A DNA stretch of 64,000 nt from Bacilli bacterium. Lineage in GTDB: Bacteria; Bacillota_I; Bacilli_A; RFN20; CAG-826. A model generated the notes under the pieces. The model made no database searches. It was not told the origin of the DNA and saw only the letters and a program-made list of their open reading frames with translations. Positions 19,953 through 28,950 of this stretch are shown here, piece after piece; within the stretch, counting starts at the first letter, position 1; each line of letters begins with the position of its first letter. The stretch covers positions 358 through 64,357 of the forward strand of contig JAZRZI010000029.1 of NCBI GenBank assembly GCA_045601325.1. The letters are read 5' to 3'. The position numbers and the translations under genes were made by a program.

Positions 19953-21320
19953 ATGGCAAAAAAACTAACTAAAAAGCAAGTTGCAGCACTTAAAAAAGCA
20001 GCAGTAAAACATCCAAAAGGTGGCATCATTATCACCATCATTATTTTGTTAGCGCTTATCGCTGGAGCGTTATATTATTTCCTCGTTATTAACAAACCTG
20101 AAGTTAAAACATATTTTAGACTTGTTGGTCTTGATACTGTCAGCGTTGCCATTGATGGAACATACAATGAGCAAGGCTTTGGATGTTTCTATAAAAACGA
20201 GGATGTTTCAAGCTCTGTTACTGTCACTTATTACAATTCTGACAATGAGACTGTTACAAACATCGACACATCAAAAGAAGCCACTTTTACCGCAAAATAC
20301 GTAGCAGATTCCCAATATTCTTTTGAAACTAACACTTTGCAAAGAACTATTAACGTAACCGCTGTTGAACCAATTCAAATAAACTTCCTTGAACTTGGTA
20401 ACAAATACACAGGTGATTCAATTTATATTAAAGCTGGCAACACTGATATTTTGATTGATGCTGGTAGCCAAAAAAATAGTGCAACTGCAATTTCTAACTA
20501 TGTCGATCAATACTGCACAGATGGTGTGCTTGAATATGTCATCAGCACTCACGCTCACGAAGACCATATTGCTGGATTTGTGGGTAGCAAATCTGACACA
20601 GGCATTTTCTATAAATATAAAATTGATACCTTAATTGATTTCCCGTTAACTGAGTCCACATCACAACTCTATAAAGACTATGTTGATATTAGAACTTCAA
20701 AAATTAGTAGTGGCGATATTAAGCATCATTACACAGCTTTAGAATGTTGGAATAACTTTAATGGTGCAAAACGTTCTTATGACATCGCTGCCGGAACAAC
20801 TTTAGATATTTTATATCAAAAGTATTATGAAACTTCCGCTAAGAATAATGAAAACAATTACAGTGTCTGTGCGATGATCAATCATGGTGAAAATCACTAT
20901 TTATTTACTGGAGATTTGGAAAAAGACGGAGAAGAATCACTAATTGCGTCTAATTCATTACCAGAAGTTACTTTATTTAAAGCCGCTCATCATGGCAGTT
21001 ATACAGCAAACTCCGATGATCTTTTGAAAATCATTAAACCTAAAAATATCGTTGTTTGCTGCAGTGCTGGTAACACAAAATACACTGAGGTTGCACTCAA
21101 TACTTTCCCATCCCAAAACGCTATTAACACAATGTCTAAATACACAGACAAAATTTATGTTACAACTGTTGATTATGGCGATTCATATGGGCCACTTAAT
21201 GGAACTATAAAATTTGTTTGTGAAAAAGGTAGCGATTATAAAATTACAGGTTCTAACAATTCTACAATTTTGAAAGACACAGAATGGTTTAAAAATAATA
21301 GAACATGGCCAACCGCTTAA
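19953..21320 (+). CDS. membrane-anchored MBL-fold metallo-hydrolase (ComEC C-terminal-domain-like)
   Basis: N-terminal TM helix. The HAHEDH (HxHxDH) motif and a later AAHHGS block match the metallo-beta-lactamase fold. Confidence 0.65.
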   Translation: MAKKLTKKQVAALKKAAVKHPKGGIIITIIILLALIAGALYYFLVINKPEVKTYFRLVGLDTVSVAIDGTYNEQGFGCFYKNEDVSSSVTVTYYNSDNETVTNIDTSKEATFTAKYVADSQYSFETNTLQRTINVTAVEPIQINFLELGNKYTGDSIYIKAGNTDILIDAGSQKNSATAISNYVDQYCTDGVLEYVISTHAHEDHIAGFVGSKSDTGIFYKYKIDTLIDFPLTESTSQLYKDYVDIRTSKISSGDIKHHYTALECWNNFNGAKRSYDIAAGTTLDILYQKYYETSAKNNENNYSVCAMINHGENHYLFTGDLEKDGEESLIASNSLPEVTLFKAAHHGSYTANSDDLLKIIKPKNIVVCCSAGNTKYTEVALNTFPSQNAINTMSKYTDKIYVTTVDYGDSYGPLNGTIKFVCEKGSDYKITGSNNSTILKDTEWFKNNRTWPTA

Positions 21321-21362
21321 AAAACCTACTAAAACTCCAATTAATTATTTTTTACTAAAATT

Positions 21363-21411
21363 ACAAACTAATATTTATTAGTTTGTTTTTTTATATACAA
21401 AATGATAGAAT
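21363..21411 (+). promoter_or_regulatory. promoter of lipoprotein cassette 1: palindrome ACAAACTAATA-tt-TATTAGTTTGT overlapping the -35, extended -10 TGaTAGAAT
   Basis: Perfect 11-bp inverted arms at 21363..21386. -35 TTGTTT at 21383..21388. 17-nt spacer. -10 TAGAAT at 21406..21411. RBS GGAGGA follows. Confidence 0.5.
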
Positions 21412-21439
21412 ATTTACAATCTTTTTGGAGGAATTAACT

Positions 21440-22342
21440 ATGAGAAAGTTAATATCTAAGTCAATATTACTTTTAACTGGATTTCTTTCTTTGACCGCTT
21501 GTGACAAATACATGAAGATTTCCATGGAAGAAGCTGGCATTCAATTTTCAAAAATGCTTATTAGAATGTCTGATAAAGAAAGAGCAGAACTTGTTCCAGA
21601 TCAATTTACTGCATCTTACACAGATGAAGAATATCTAGCGTATTTAGAAAACGGTGAATATGTTGACATTATTAATGAGACCTACAATACTCAACTATCG
21701 TTTGATGTTAAGACTTGTGTTGGTCACATTAAAGAGACGCGCACTTATTTCGACGTCGCTATTCACAAAATGAACATAGAATATTGGCTATATTTGGATG
21801 GTGGAGTTGTTTTAGCTAGTAACTATAACAACACTAAAAAATACTTTAAATGGGATGGTTCTAGTTTTGCTAACAAACAAACCGCAAAGAACATCTTTTT
21901 CTCATTAGATTGCGGAGTTTCTTTTGAAGATATTTATCGCATATTCTTTGAAGCGTTTATCACTTACACAGATAAAGAAGTTATTAATTCACTTAAGAAT
22001 GATACAAGACGCAAGTTAAATATTGTTTATAAAACTAAAGATAATAAATCTCATCTTAAGTTGAATTGCAAAACATCTTTAACCACTCATGATTCAAAAT
22101 CATCATGTGATGAAGTCTTTGAAATTAACAACTATTTACCTTTATATAATAAGACATATTTAGATGATGTTGGCCCTATGTATGATGCCGTTAATGAAAT
22201 TATGCGTGAGGCAAAAAGAAAAGTTAGAAGATATTGGAATTTAAAAATTTCGGTTCCTAGTGATAATTTTGGTCGACCAGACTTATCAACTTACACAAGA
22301 GTTGATGACTTCAATGATTTGTTTGCTGCGGAGGAGGAATAG
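21440..22342 (+). CDS. lipoprotein, family A, copy 1
   Basis: RBS GGAGGA. Signal peptide plus lipobox LTAC. Paralogous to 23406..24314. Confidence 0.65.
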   Translation: MRKLISKSILLLTGFLSLTACDKYMKISMEEAGIQFSKMLIRMSDKERAELVPDQFTASYTDEEYLAYLENGEYVDIINETYNTQLSFDVKTCVGHIKETRTYFDVAIHKMNIEYWLYLDGGVVLASNYNNTKKYFKWDGSSFANKQTAKNIFFSLDCGVSFEDIYRIFFEAFITYTDKEVINSLKNDTRRKLNIVYKTKDNKSHLKLNCKTSLTTHDSKSSCDEVFEINNYLPLYNKTYLDDVGPMYDAVNEIMREAKRKVRRYWNLKISVPSDNFGRPDLSTYTRVDDFNDLFAAEEE

Positions 22343-22344
22343 TT

Positions 22345-23250
22345 ATGAATAAGAAATTTTTTGCTTTTTGCTTTTTGCTTCCACTAACATTATCCGGATG
22401 TAGCAAACCACAAGTGGATAATACAGATTATTTAACTACCGAAGAAGCTTTGACCATGGTGGATTCTATCGCTCAATATCGCCAAGAACATTTTTCTGAA
22501 TTTAAATTCCACAACAAATTCACTTTCGAAATATCGGAAGATGTCAGCGTTTCAGTGCAAGTTGGTGTAGAGAGACAAACCATCTCTCTTGGTATTGCCT
22601 CTGCAACTTATTATGGTGATTCATCAAAAGGTATCTACGAATTTGATATGGAAGGTGAGGTTTTGTTGGGAACTGAATTTGAAACCGAAGTTGATGAAAA
22701 GGAATACTGGTTTACTGAGGGTGGTCGTGGTTATTACGCTAATTATGTAAACCAAGATGACAAAACTACCAAGGAATATTGGGAATATAATAAAGAGGAT
22801 TATGAGACAAATCTTCATCATTTCTTATTTGATGATATTGTTGAGAGTGTTTTTGATCCTGATTTGAACGCTTTAAAACAGTTTATTCAGGGTGACACTT
22901 CATACTTACTAATTCTCGATCAATATCCTAGTTTATTCCTCACATCTTCAATTACTTCAACCGGTCCAGGTTGTCTCGATGTTGATATTCGTGGATTTGC
23001 TAGAAGATCAACAAAACAAAGAGATCAATTTGGAGACAATATTTTTGAAGCAAGACAAGTTATTGAAAACTATGTCACAACATATCAACGTTATTGTGCG
23101 GTTAAATCACTTTCTGGTTATGTCGATGACGATGATGTTAGTGGTGTTGCTTCTGGTACCGCTAGAGCGATTGTTGAGTTCGCTTATAAAAAAGGCTGTG
23201 ATAAGAACTTAGTTAAACCTGATTTGTCTGAATATCAAAAACAAAACTAA
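22345..23250 (+). CDS. lipoprotein, family B, copy 1
   Basis: Signal peptide plus lipobox LSGC. Translationally coupled to the upstream gene. Paralogous to 24317..25258. Contains a (tttttgc)x3 repeat. Confidence 0.65.
   Translation: MNKKFFAFCFLLPLTLSGCSKPQVDNTDYLTTEEALTMVDSIAQYRQEHFSEFKFHNKFTFEISEDVSVSVQVGVERQTISLGIASATYYGDSSKGIYEFDMEGEVLLGTEFETEVDEKEYWFTEGGRGYYANYVNQDDKTTKEYWEYNKEDYETNLHHFLFDDIVESVFDPDLNALKQFIQGDTSYLLILDQYPSLFLTSSITSTGPGCLDVDIRGFARRSTKQRDQFGDNIFEARQVIENYVTTYQRYCAVKSLSGYVDDDDVSGVASGTARAIVEFAYKKGCDKNLVKPDLSEYQKQN
22358..22378 (+). repeat. (TTTTTGC)x3 perfect tandem heptanucleotide repeat inside the signal-peptide coding region
   Basis: Three exact 7-nt units encode FAFCFLL. 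The unit length is not a multiple of 3. Confidence 0.7.
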
Positions 23251-23264
23251 GCTTTAAAAGTTAA

Positions 23265-23296
23265 AAATGGTGCGATCCAATCACACCATTTTTATT
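23265..23296 (+). terminator. rho-independent terminator after lipoprotein cassette 1
   Basis: Hairpin atggtgcga..tcacaccat followed by TTTTTATTT. Confidence 0.6.
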
Positions 23297-23330
23297 TGCC
23301 GTTTTTGTTTTAATAATTTTGAGGAAGATT

Positions 23331-23375
23331 ACAAACTATTTGTTAGTTTGTTTTTTATTTTTTACATGATAGAAT
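23331..23375 (+). promoter_or_regulatory. promoter of lipoprotein cassette 2: palindrome ACAAACTA-tttgt-TAGTTTGT plus extended -10 TGaTAGAAT
   Basis: Same architecture as at 21363. 8-bp inverted arms. -10 TAGAAT at 23370..23375. Confidence 0.5.
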
Positions 23376-23405
23376 AGTGGCAATCTTTTTTTGGAGGGAT
23401 TAACT

Positions 23406-24314
23406 ATGAAAAAGTTAATATCTAAATCAATATTGCTCCTAACAGGCTTTCTAGCATTAACTGGTTGTGATAGTTACACTAAGTTAAATAGAATTGAAGC
23501 CAAGGCATTATTTAACAAAATTTATCCTAGGATGGGTGCGGTTTCAGAAATTCAACCACCTGAACAGTTCACTGCAACTTATTCCGCAACATCAACATTA
23601 AACGCTAAAGTTAATGATGAATATGAACTTATTTATGATATTACTCGTGATTCAAAGGTTTACTTTGATGCAGTAAATCATATTGGCTACTACAAATTAC
23701 ATCAAAAAGCATTTTTCGATTATTGGGATGAAACCATAATTGAAGGATGGCTTTTCCAAAAGAATAGCAAATTAGTTATCGCGGTTAGAAAAGATGCTAG
23801 AGTTAAACAATATGCTGAATTACCTGCTAGTAGTGAGCATGATTACTATTTAGCTAAAGGCGAATTCTTTGCTATTACAAATAACTTTAATTACGGTAAC
23901 ATCGTCGGAGAATTTGTCGAAGCATTTACTTCATACACAAATGCAGATGTTTCGGACCTACTGGAAAATGAAGAAGGTAGAAAAACTAGTGTTACCTATA
24001 AAACTAAAGGTGATGGTCACATTAAGTTAAACGCTAAAACTAAAATTAATTCACACGATTCAAAATCAAATTACGATGAAGTTTTCGAAATTGAAAACTA
24101 CTTCCCTGTTTATAATAAATCCTATATTAAAGATGAAGGCATGGCCTTTTCTCAAGTTGATGGTCAATTATTCTACGCCAAGAGAGCTATCAGCAAACTT
24201 TGGAACATGACCGTCGCGCAACCAAAAGATTCTGCCGAACGTCCTGAATTATCAACGTATCAACAAGTTGAAAGCACAGATGATTTCAGCATTTGGGGAG
24301 ATGGAGAAAAATAA
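23406..24314 (+). CDS. lipoprotein, family A, copy 2
   Basis: RBS GGAGGG. Lipobox LTGC. The N-terminus and the 5' region are conserved with copy 1. Confidence 0.65.
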   Translation: MKKLISKSILLLTGFLALTGCDSYTKLNRIEAKALFNKIYPRMGAVSEIQPPEQFTATYSATSTLNAKVNDEYELIYDITRDSKVYFDAVNHIGYYKLHQKAFFDYWDETIIEGWLFQKNSKLVIAVRKDARVKQYAELPASSEHDYYLAKGEFFAITNNFNYGNIVGEFVEAFTSYTNADVSDLLENEEGRKTSVTYKTKGDGHIKLNAKTKINSHDSKSNYDEVFEIENYFPVYNKSYIKDEGMAFSQVDGQLFYAKRAISKLWNMTVAQPKDSAERPELSTYQQVESTDDFSIWGDGEK

Positions 24315-24316
24315 CT

Positions 24317-25258
24317 ATGAAAAAGAAATTTTTAGCATTTTGCGTTTTAATGCCAATATGTTTAACAGGATGTGGCAAAAAAGAAAGTTCTAACTATCTA
24401 GATCGTAAAACCGCGGTATCTCTTTTAACTTCAATCAAACAATATCGTGCAGATCATGAAAGTGATTTTAAATTGTTTGATCATGTTGTTGCTGATACAA
24501 GTTTTTCTATTGAATTCGCTATGTTTTCACCATCTGAGTCAGATGACGCAACACCTTTAGGTGGAACTTCTCACATAGTGATCGATCAAACTAGAAACAT
24601 TTATCAAAACACTAGTTATGTTTGTTTAGATTTGGGAGATTTATTATATGCTGAGGAACATTCAATAAACACTTATTTTGTGGATGGGAGTACTAATGTT
24701 GGTAATTTTGCTAGATATGAAGAATCAGATAATATCTCTAAAAAGTATTGGACATACGATCTTTCTGATGAGTCAGATAAGAAACAATATGATGCCAAGA
24801 TTAAGTCAGATTTTGTTGAAACGCTCTGCGACAATATTTTTTCGCCAACACAAATTGCTGACTATATTGGATATATTAATGGTGATTTTGCTACTTTATC
24901 TTTATACGATAACTACAATCTAAACTTTGTCTCACAACGCATTACATCAAGTGGTCAAGGTTCAATTGATATCGTTATTACTGGTTACACACGGAGAGCA
25001 ATGGTGGAAGAAGGATCGCTTGAAGAATCTTTTTCAGCGGGTGACTCATTAGTGAACGCTCACGTTCACATTGAAGATTATCAAACCACACTCTTTGATA
25101 TTACTGTTCTAACTACAGTTCTCACAGAAGAAGAAAACGATTCCGGTAAAACTGAAGTTGTTACTGGCACAATTAAAATTCATGAATATTTCAATTATAG
25201 AGACGAAATTGAAGAAATTAATTTACCTGATTTAAACGAATACGAAAAGGTTTGGTAA
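24317..25258 (+). CDS. lipoprotein, family B, copy 2
   Basis: Signal peptide plus lipobox LTGC. Coupled to the upstream gene. Confidence 0.65.
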   Translation: MKKKFLAFCVLMPICLTGCGKKESSNYLDRKTAVSLLTSIKQYRADHESDFKLFDHVVADTSFSIEFAMFSPSESDDATPLGGTSHIVIDQTRNIYQNTSYVCLDLGDLLYAEEHSINTYFVDGSTNVGNFARYEESDNISKKYWTYDLSDESDKKQYDAKIKSDFVETLCDNIFSPTQIADYIGYINGDFATLSLYDNYNLNFVSQRITSSGQGSIDIVITGYTRRAMVEEGSLEESFSAGDSLVNAHVHIEDYQTTLFDITVLTTVLTEEENDSGKTEVVTGTIKIHEYFNYRDEIEEINLPDLNEYEKVW

Positions 25259-25289
25259 TACTTGGTAATAATCAAAAACTAAAATTAGG

Positions 25290-25312
25290 GAGACAAAACG
25301 TCTCTCTTTTTT
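25290..25312 (+). terminator. rho-independent terminator after lipoprotein cassette 2
   Basis: Hairpin gagac-aaaac-gtctc followed by TCTTTTTTG. Confidence 0.45.
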
Positions 25313-25356
25313 GTTATAAAAATAATATTATTAACTAATATAGGTTAAAACACTAA

Positions 25357-25374
25357 AACAATATATATATTGTT
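25357..25374 (+). promoter_or_regulatory. 18-bp perfect palindrome AACAATATATATATTGTT upstream of nrdD (NrdR-box-like operator candidate)
   Basis: Perfect inverted repeat about 240 nt upstream of the nrdD start. Resembles the NrdR box consensus (acaCwAtATaTwGtgt) without the flanking C/G pair. Confidence 0.3.
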
Positions 25375-25600
25375 TTTATATATGATGTTTTTAATTGGGT
25401 TATTAAAGAAAATATTTTACAGTGTAAAGAGGAAAAATCTAACTTTTGGACAGTGTCTAAATTTTACATTTTTTTATTTTTTTATTTTTAATAACTTATA
25501 TATGATAGTAGCACGCCCTTAAAAAGGACATAACAATCTTCGGGGAAAATTCACATTGTGGGGATGTGTTTTAATACCCTTATATCAAGGAGGAGCGATT

Positions 25601-27967
25601 ATGCTAAAAATCAAGAAAAGAGACGGCTCAATTGAAGAGTTTGCTCTCACTAAAATTGAAAGCGCAATTGAAAGAGCTTTCATGGCGGAACATAAGTTCT
25701 ATAACAAAGATATTGTACAAATGTTAGCCTTAAGAGTTACTGCTGACTTCAATAGCAAAGTTAAAAACGAAGTCGTAGAACTCGAAGATATCCAAGACTC
25801 AGTCGAAGTTGTCTTAATTCAAGCAGGTTACATCGATGTTGCACGTAGCTATATGATCTATCGTAAACAACACGAAAATCTCAGACAAATCAAAGAGACT
25901 AGCATTGATTATAAAAACATTATCAATAACTACCTCAAAATTAATGACTGGCGTGTTAAAGAAAACTCTACAGTTACCTATTCCGTTGGTGGTTTGATTC
26001 TTTCTAACTCAGGTGCAGTTACCGCTAACTACTGGTTAAGTGAAATTTACGATTCTGAAATTGCAAACGCACATAGAAATGCTGATATTCATATTCATGA
26101 CTTATCCATGTTAACAGGTTACTGTGCTGGTTGGTCATTAAAGCAATTAATCCAAGAAGGTTTAGGCGGTGTTCCAGGAAAGATTACTTCTTCCCCAGCA
26201 AGCCACTTAAGCACATTATGTAACCAAATGGTTAACTTCTTAGGCATTATGCAAAATGAATGGGCTGGCGCTCAAGCATTCTCTAGCTTTGACACATATT
26301 TAGCCCCATTCGTCAAAGTTGATAACTTAACATATAAACAAGTTAAACAATGCATTCAATCATTCGTTTATGGTGTTAACACTCCATCTAGATGGGGTAC
26401 ACAAGCACCATTTAGCAATATTACATTAGACTGGGTTGTCCCTAACGATATGGCAGAACTCAACTGTATCGTCGGTGGCAAAGAAATGCCATTCAAATAC
26501 AAAGATTGTGTTGAAGAAATGGCAATGGTCAATAAAGCCTTCATCGAAATTATGATCGAAGGTGATGCTAATGGACGTGGTTTCCAATACCCAATCCCTA
26601 CATACTCCATTACAAGAACATTTGACTGGTCTGAAACAGAAAATAATAAGTTATTGTTCACAATGACTGCTAAATACGGTACACCTTACTTCTCTAACTA
26701 CGTTAATAGTGATATGGAACCAAGCGATGTTCGTTCTATGTGCTGCAGACTTAGATTAGACTTAAGAGAATTAAGAAAGAAATCCGGTGGTTTCTTCGGC
26801 AGTGGTGAATCCACAGGTTCTGTCGGTGTTGTTACAATCAATATGCCACGTATCGCATACTTAGCAACTGATGAAGCTGACTTCTATTCAAGATTAGACA
26901 AAATCATGGATATCTCCGCACGTTCCTTAAAGATTAAAAGAAATACTATTACTACGTTATTAGAAGCTGGATTATATCCATATACAAAACGTTATTTAGG
27001 CACATTCAACAACCACTTCTCTACGATCGGTTTAGTGGGTATGAATGAAGCTTGCTTAAACGCTAGATGGATTAAGAAAGATTTAACAAATCCAGAAGCA
27101 GTTCAATTCACAAAAGATGTCTTAAATCACATGAGAGAAAGACTCTCTGATTATCAAGAATTATATGGTGACCTCTATAACTTAGAAGCTACACCAGCAG
27201 AATCAACTGCATTCCGTTTAGCAAAACACGACAAGGAAAGATATCCAGATATCATCACTGCTAACGATGCTGGTAAAGTCCCATATTACACAAACTCTTC
27301 TCATTTACCTGTCGGTTACACAGAAGATATTTTCAAAGCTTTGGACATCCAAGATGGCTTACAAACTCTCTACACATCAGGTACAGTTTTCCATACATTC
27401 TTAGGTCAAAAACTCCCTACATGGAAATCATGCGCTAACCTGGTTAGAAAGATTGCGGAAAACTATCACATTCCATATTACACAATGTCTCCAACATATT
27501 CTGTATGTAAAGAACACGGTTATATTGAAGGTGAACAATACACATGTCCTAAGTGTGGTGCTAAGACAGAAGTCTACTCCCGTATTACTGGTTACTATAG
27601 ACCAGTTCAAAACTGGAATGATGGTAAGTCAGCTGAATTCAGAGATCGCAGAGTCTATGAATTAGCATCTAGCCAATTAAAACACGGCTTAAATAGTGAA
27701 TGTTCCGCTGCACCAGAAGAAAAGATTAAACCAATCTTAAAAGAAACATTATTATTCGCTACAAAGACTTGCCCTAACTGCAAGATGGCAAAGATGTTAC
27801 TTGATAAAGCTGGTATCAAATACACAGTTATCGATGCTGAAGAAGATGTCGAAATGACTAACCGTTATGGCGTTAAGAAAGCACCTACATTAATCGTTCC
27901 AAACGAAGAAAATTATGATGTTTTCGAAAATGCTTCTAACATCAAAGGCTTCATTGAAAACAAGTAA
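25601..27967 (+). CDS. nrdD: anaerobic (class III) ribonucleoside-triphosphate reductase NrdD with an N-terminal ATP-cone and a fused C-terminal glutaredoxin/NrdH-like domain
   Basis: RBS AGGAGG precedes the ATG at 25601. ATP-cone (LKIKKRDGSIEEF). C-terminal CPKCG zinc ribbon and glycyl-radical motif SRITGYYRP. The extra ~85 aa at the C-terminus have a thioredoxin fold with CPNC and APTLIV (cis-Pro). Confidence 0.85.
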   Translation: MLKIKKRDGSIEEFALTKIESAIERAFMAEHKFYNKDIVQMLALRVTADFNSKVKNEVVELEDIQDSVEVVLIQAGYIDVARSYMIYRKQHENLRQIKETSIDYKNIINNYLKINDWRVKENSTVTYSVGGLILSNSGAVTANYWLSEIYDSEIANAHRNADIHIHDLSMLTGYCAGWSLKQLIQEGLGGVPGKITSSPASHLSTLCNQMVNFLGIMQNEWAGAQAFSSFDTYLAPFVKVDNLTYKQVKQCIQSFVYGVNTPSRWGTQAPFSNITLDWVVPNDMAELNCIVGGKEMPFKYKDCVEEMAMVNKAFIEIMIEGDANGRGFQYPIPTYSITRTFDWSETENNKLLFTMTAKYGTPYFSNYVNSDMEPSDVRSMCCRLRLDLRELRKKSGGFFGSGESTGSVGVVTINMPRIAYLATDEADFYSRLDKIMDISARSLKIKRNTITTLLEAGLYPYTKRYLGTFNNHFSTIGLVGMNEACLNARWIKKDLTNPEAVQFTKDVLNHMRERLSDYQELYGDLYNLEATPAESTAFRLAKHDKERYPDIITANDAGKVPYYTNSSHLPVGYTEDIFKALDIQDGLQTLYTSGTVFHTFLGQKLPTWKSCANLVRKIAENYHIPYYTMSPTYSVCKEHGYIEGEQYTCPKCGAKTEVYSRITGYYRPVQNWNDGKSAEFRDRRVYELASSQLKHGLNSECSAAPEEKIKPILKETLLFATKTCPNCKMAKMLLDKAGIKYTVIDAEEDVEMTNRYGVKKAPTLIVPNEENYDVFENASNIKGFIENK

Positions 27968-27973
27968 TTGCTT

Positions 27974-28873
27974 ATGGTCTACGATGTATTAATCATTGGT
28001 GGTGGACCTTCAGGCATGACTGCTGCGCTTTATGCGCTTAGAAGTGGTAAGAGTGTTTTAATCCTTGAAAAGGAAAACTTTGGTGGACAAATTGCGAACT
28101 CTCCAAGAGTGGAGAACTTCCCAACCATCAAAGAAATATCAGGATTAGAACTCTCTGACAAACTTTTCACACAAATCATGGATCTCGGAGTTACTTTTGA
28201 GCTCGAGGAAGTGAAGAAAGTGGAAAAGGATGATAAAATATTCAAGGTAACCACAAATTACTCTGTATACGCCTCTAAAAGCGTAATTATCGCTGCTGGT
28301 GTGTCCCACCGCAAAATGAATCTTCCAAAAGAAGAAGATTTAATTGGCAAAGGCATATCATTCTGCGCTGTATGTGATGGAGCATTCTACAAAGGACAAG
28401 AAGTATATCTCATTGGCGATGGTAACACCGCTATGCAATATGCTTTGTTGCTTGTTAACTACTGTCCTAAAGTTCACATGTTCACATTAACCGATAAATT
28501 CTTCGGTGATGAAGTTCTTAAGGAAAGAATTAAAAATAATGATAGAATCATGGTCTATCCAAATACATCACTCGTTGAATATAAAGGCGAAGATATTTTA
28601 ACTGGTTTAGTGTTTGAAGATACAAAAACACATATCAAAACCGAATACTTCACAAATAATGTATTCGTCGCTATCGGACAAGTTCCACATAACGAGATAT
28701 TCTCAGAACTTGTTGATCTTGAAAAAGGATTCATCTTGGTAGATGACAATATGATGACAAAAACTCCTGGCTTATACGCAGTTGGTGATTGTCGTAAAAA
28801 AGGTGTACGTCAATTAGTTACAGCTTGTAACGATGGAGCGATTGCCGCTTTGTCAGCAGTCAAAAATCTTTAA
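27974..28873 (+). CDS. thioredoxin-disulfide reductase-like flavoprotein (TrxB family)
   Basis: GGGPSG FAD-binding site, CAVC redox pair, and a GDGNTA NAD(P)H site. The ATG lies 7 nt after the nrdD stop. Confidence 0.75.
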   Translation: MVYDVLIIGGGPSGMTAALYALRSGKSVLILEKENFGGQIANSPRVENFPTIKEISGLELSDKLFTQIMDLGVTFELEEVKKVEKDDKIFKVTTNYSVYASKSVIIAAGVSHRKMNLPKEEDLIGKGISFCAVCDGAFYKGQEVYLIGDGNTAMQYALLLVNYCPKVHMFTLTDKFFGDEVLKERIKNNDRIMVYPNTSLVEYKGEDILTGLVFEDTKTHIKTEYFTNNVFVAIGQVPHNEIFSELVDLEKGFILVDDNMMTKTPGLYAVGDCRKKGVRQLVTACNDGAIAALSAVKNL

Positions 28874-28879
28874 AAAATA

Positions 28880-28906
28880 AGATACCAAATTTGGTATCTT
28901 TTTTGA
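28880..28906. terminator. bidirectional terminator (TrxB-like gene converging with the TA pair)
   Basis: Perfect 20-nt palindrome agataccaaatttggtatct followed by TTTTTG. Confidence 0.7.
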
Positions 28907-28950
28907 TAGTCTGATAAAAAAACGATTGGAATTAGGACAATCGTAATTTC

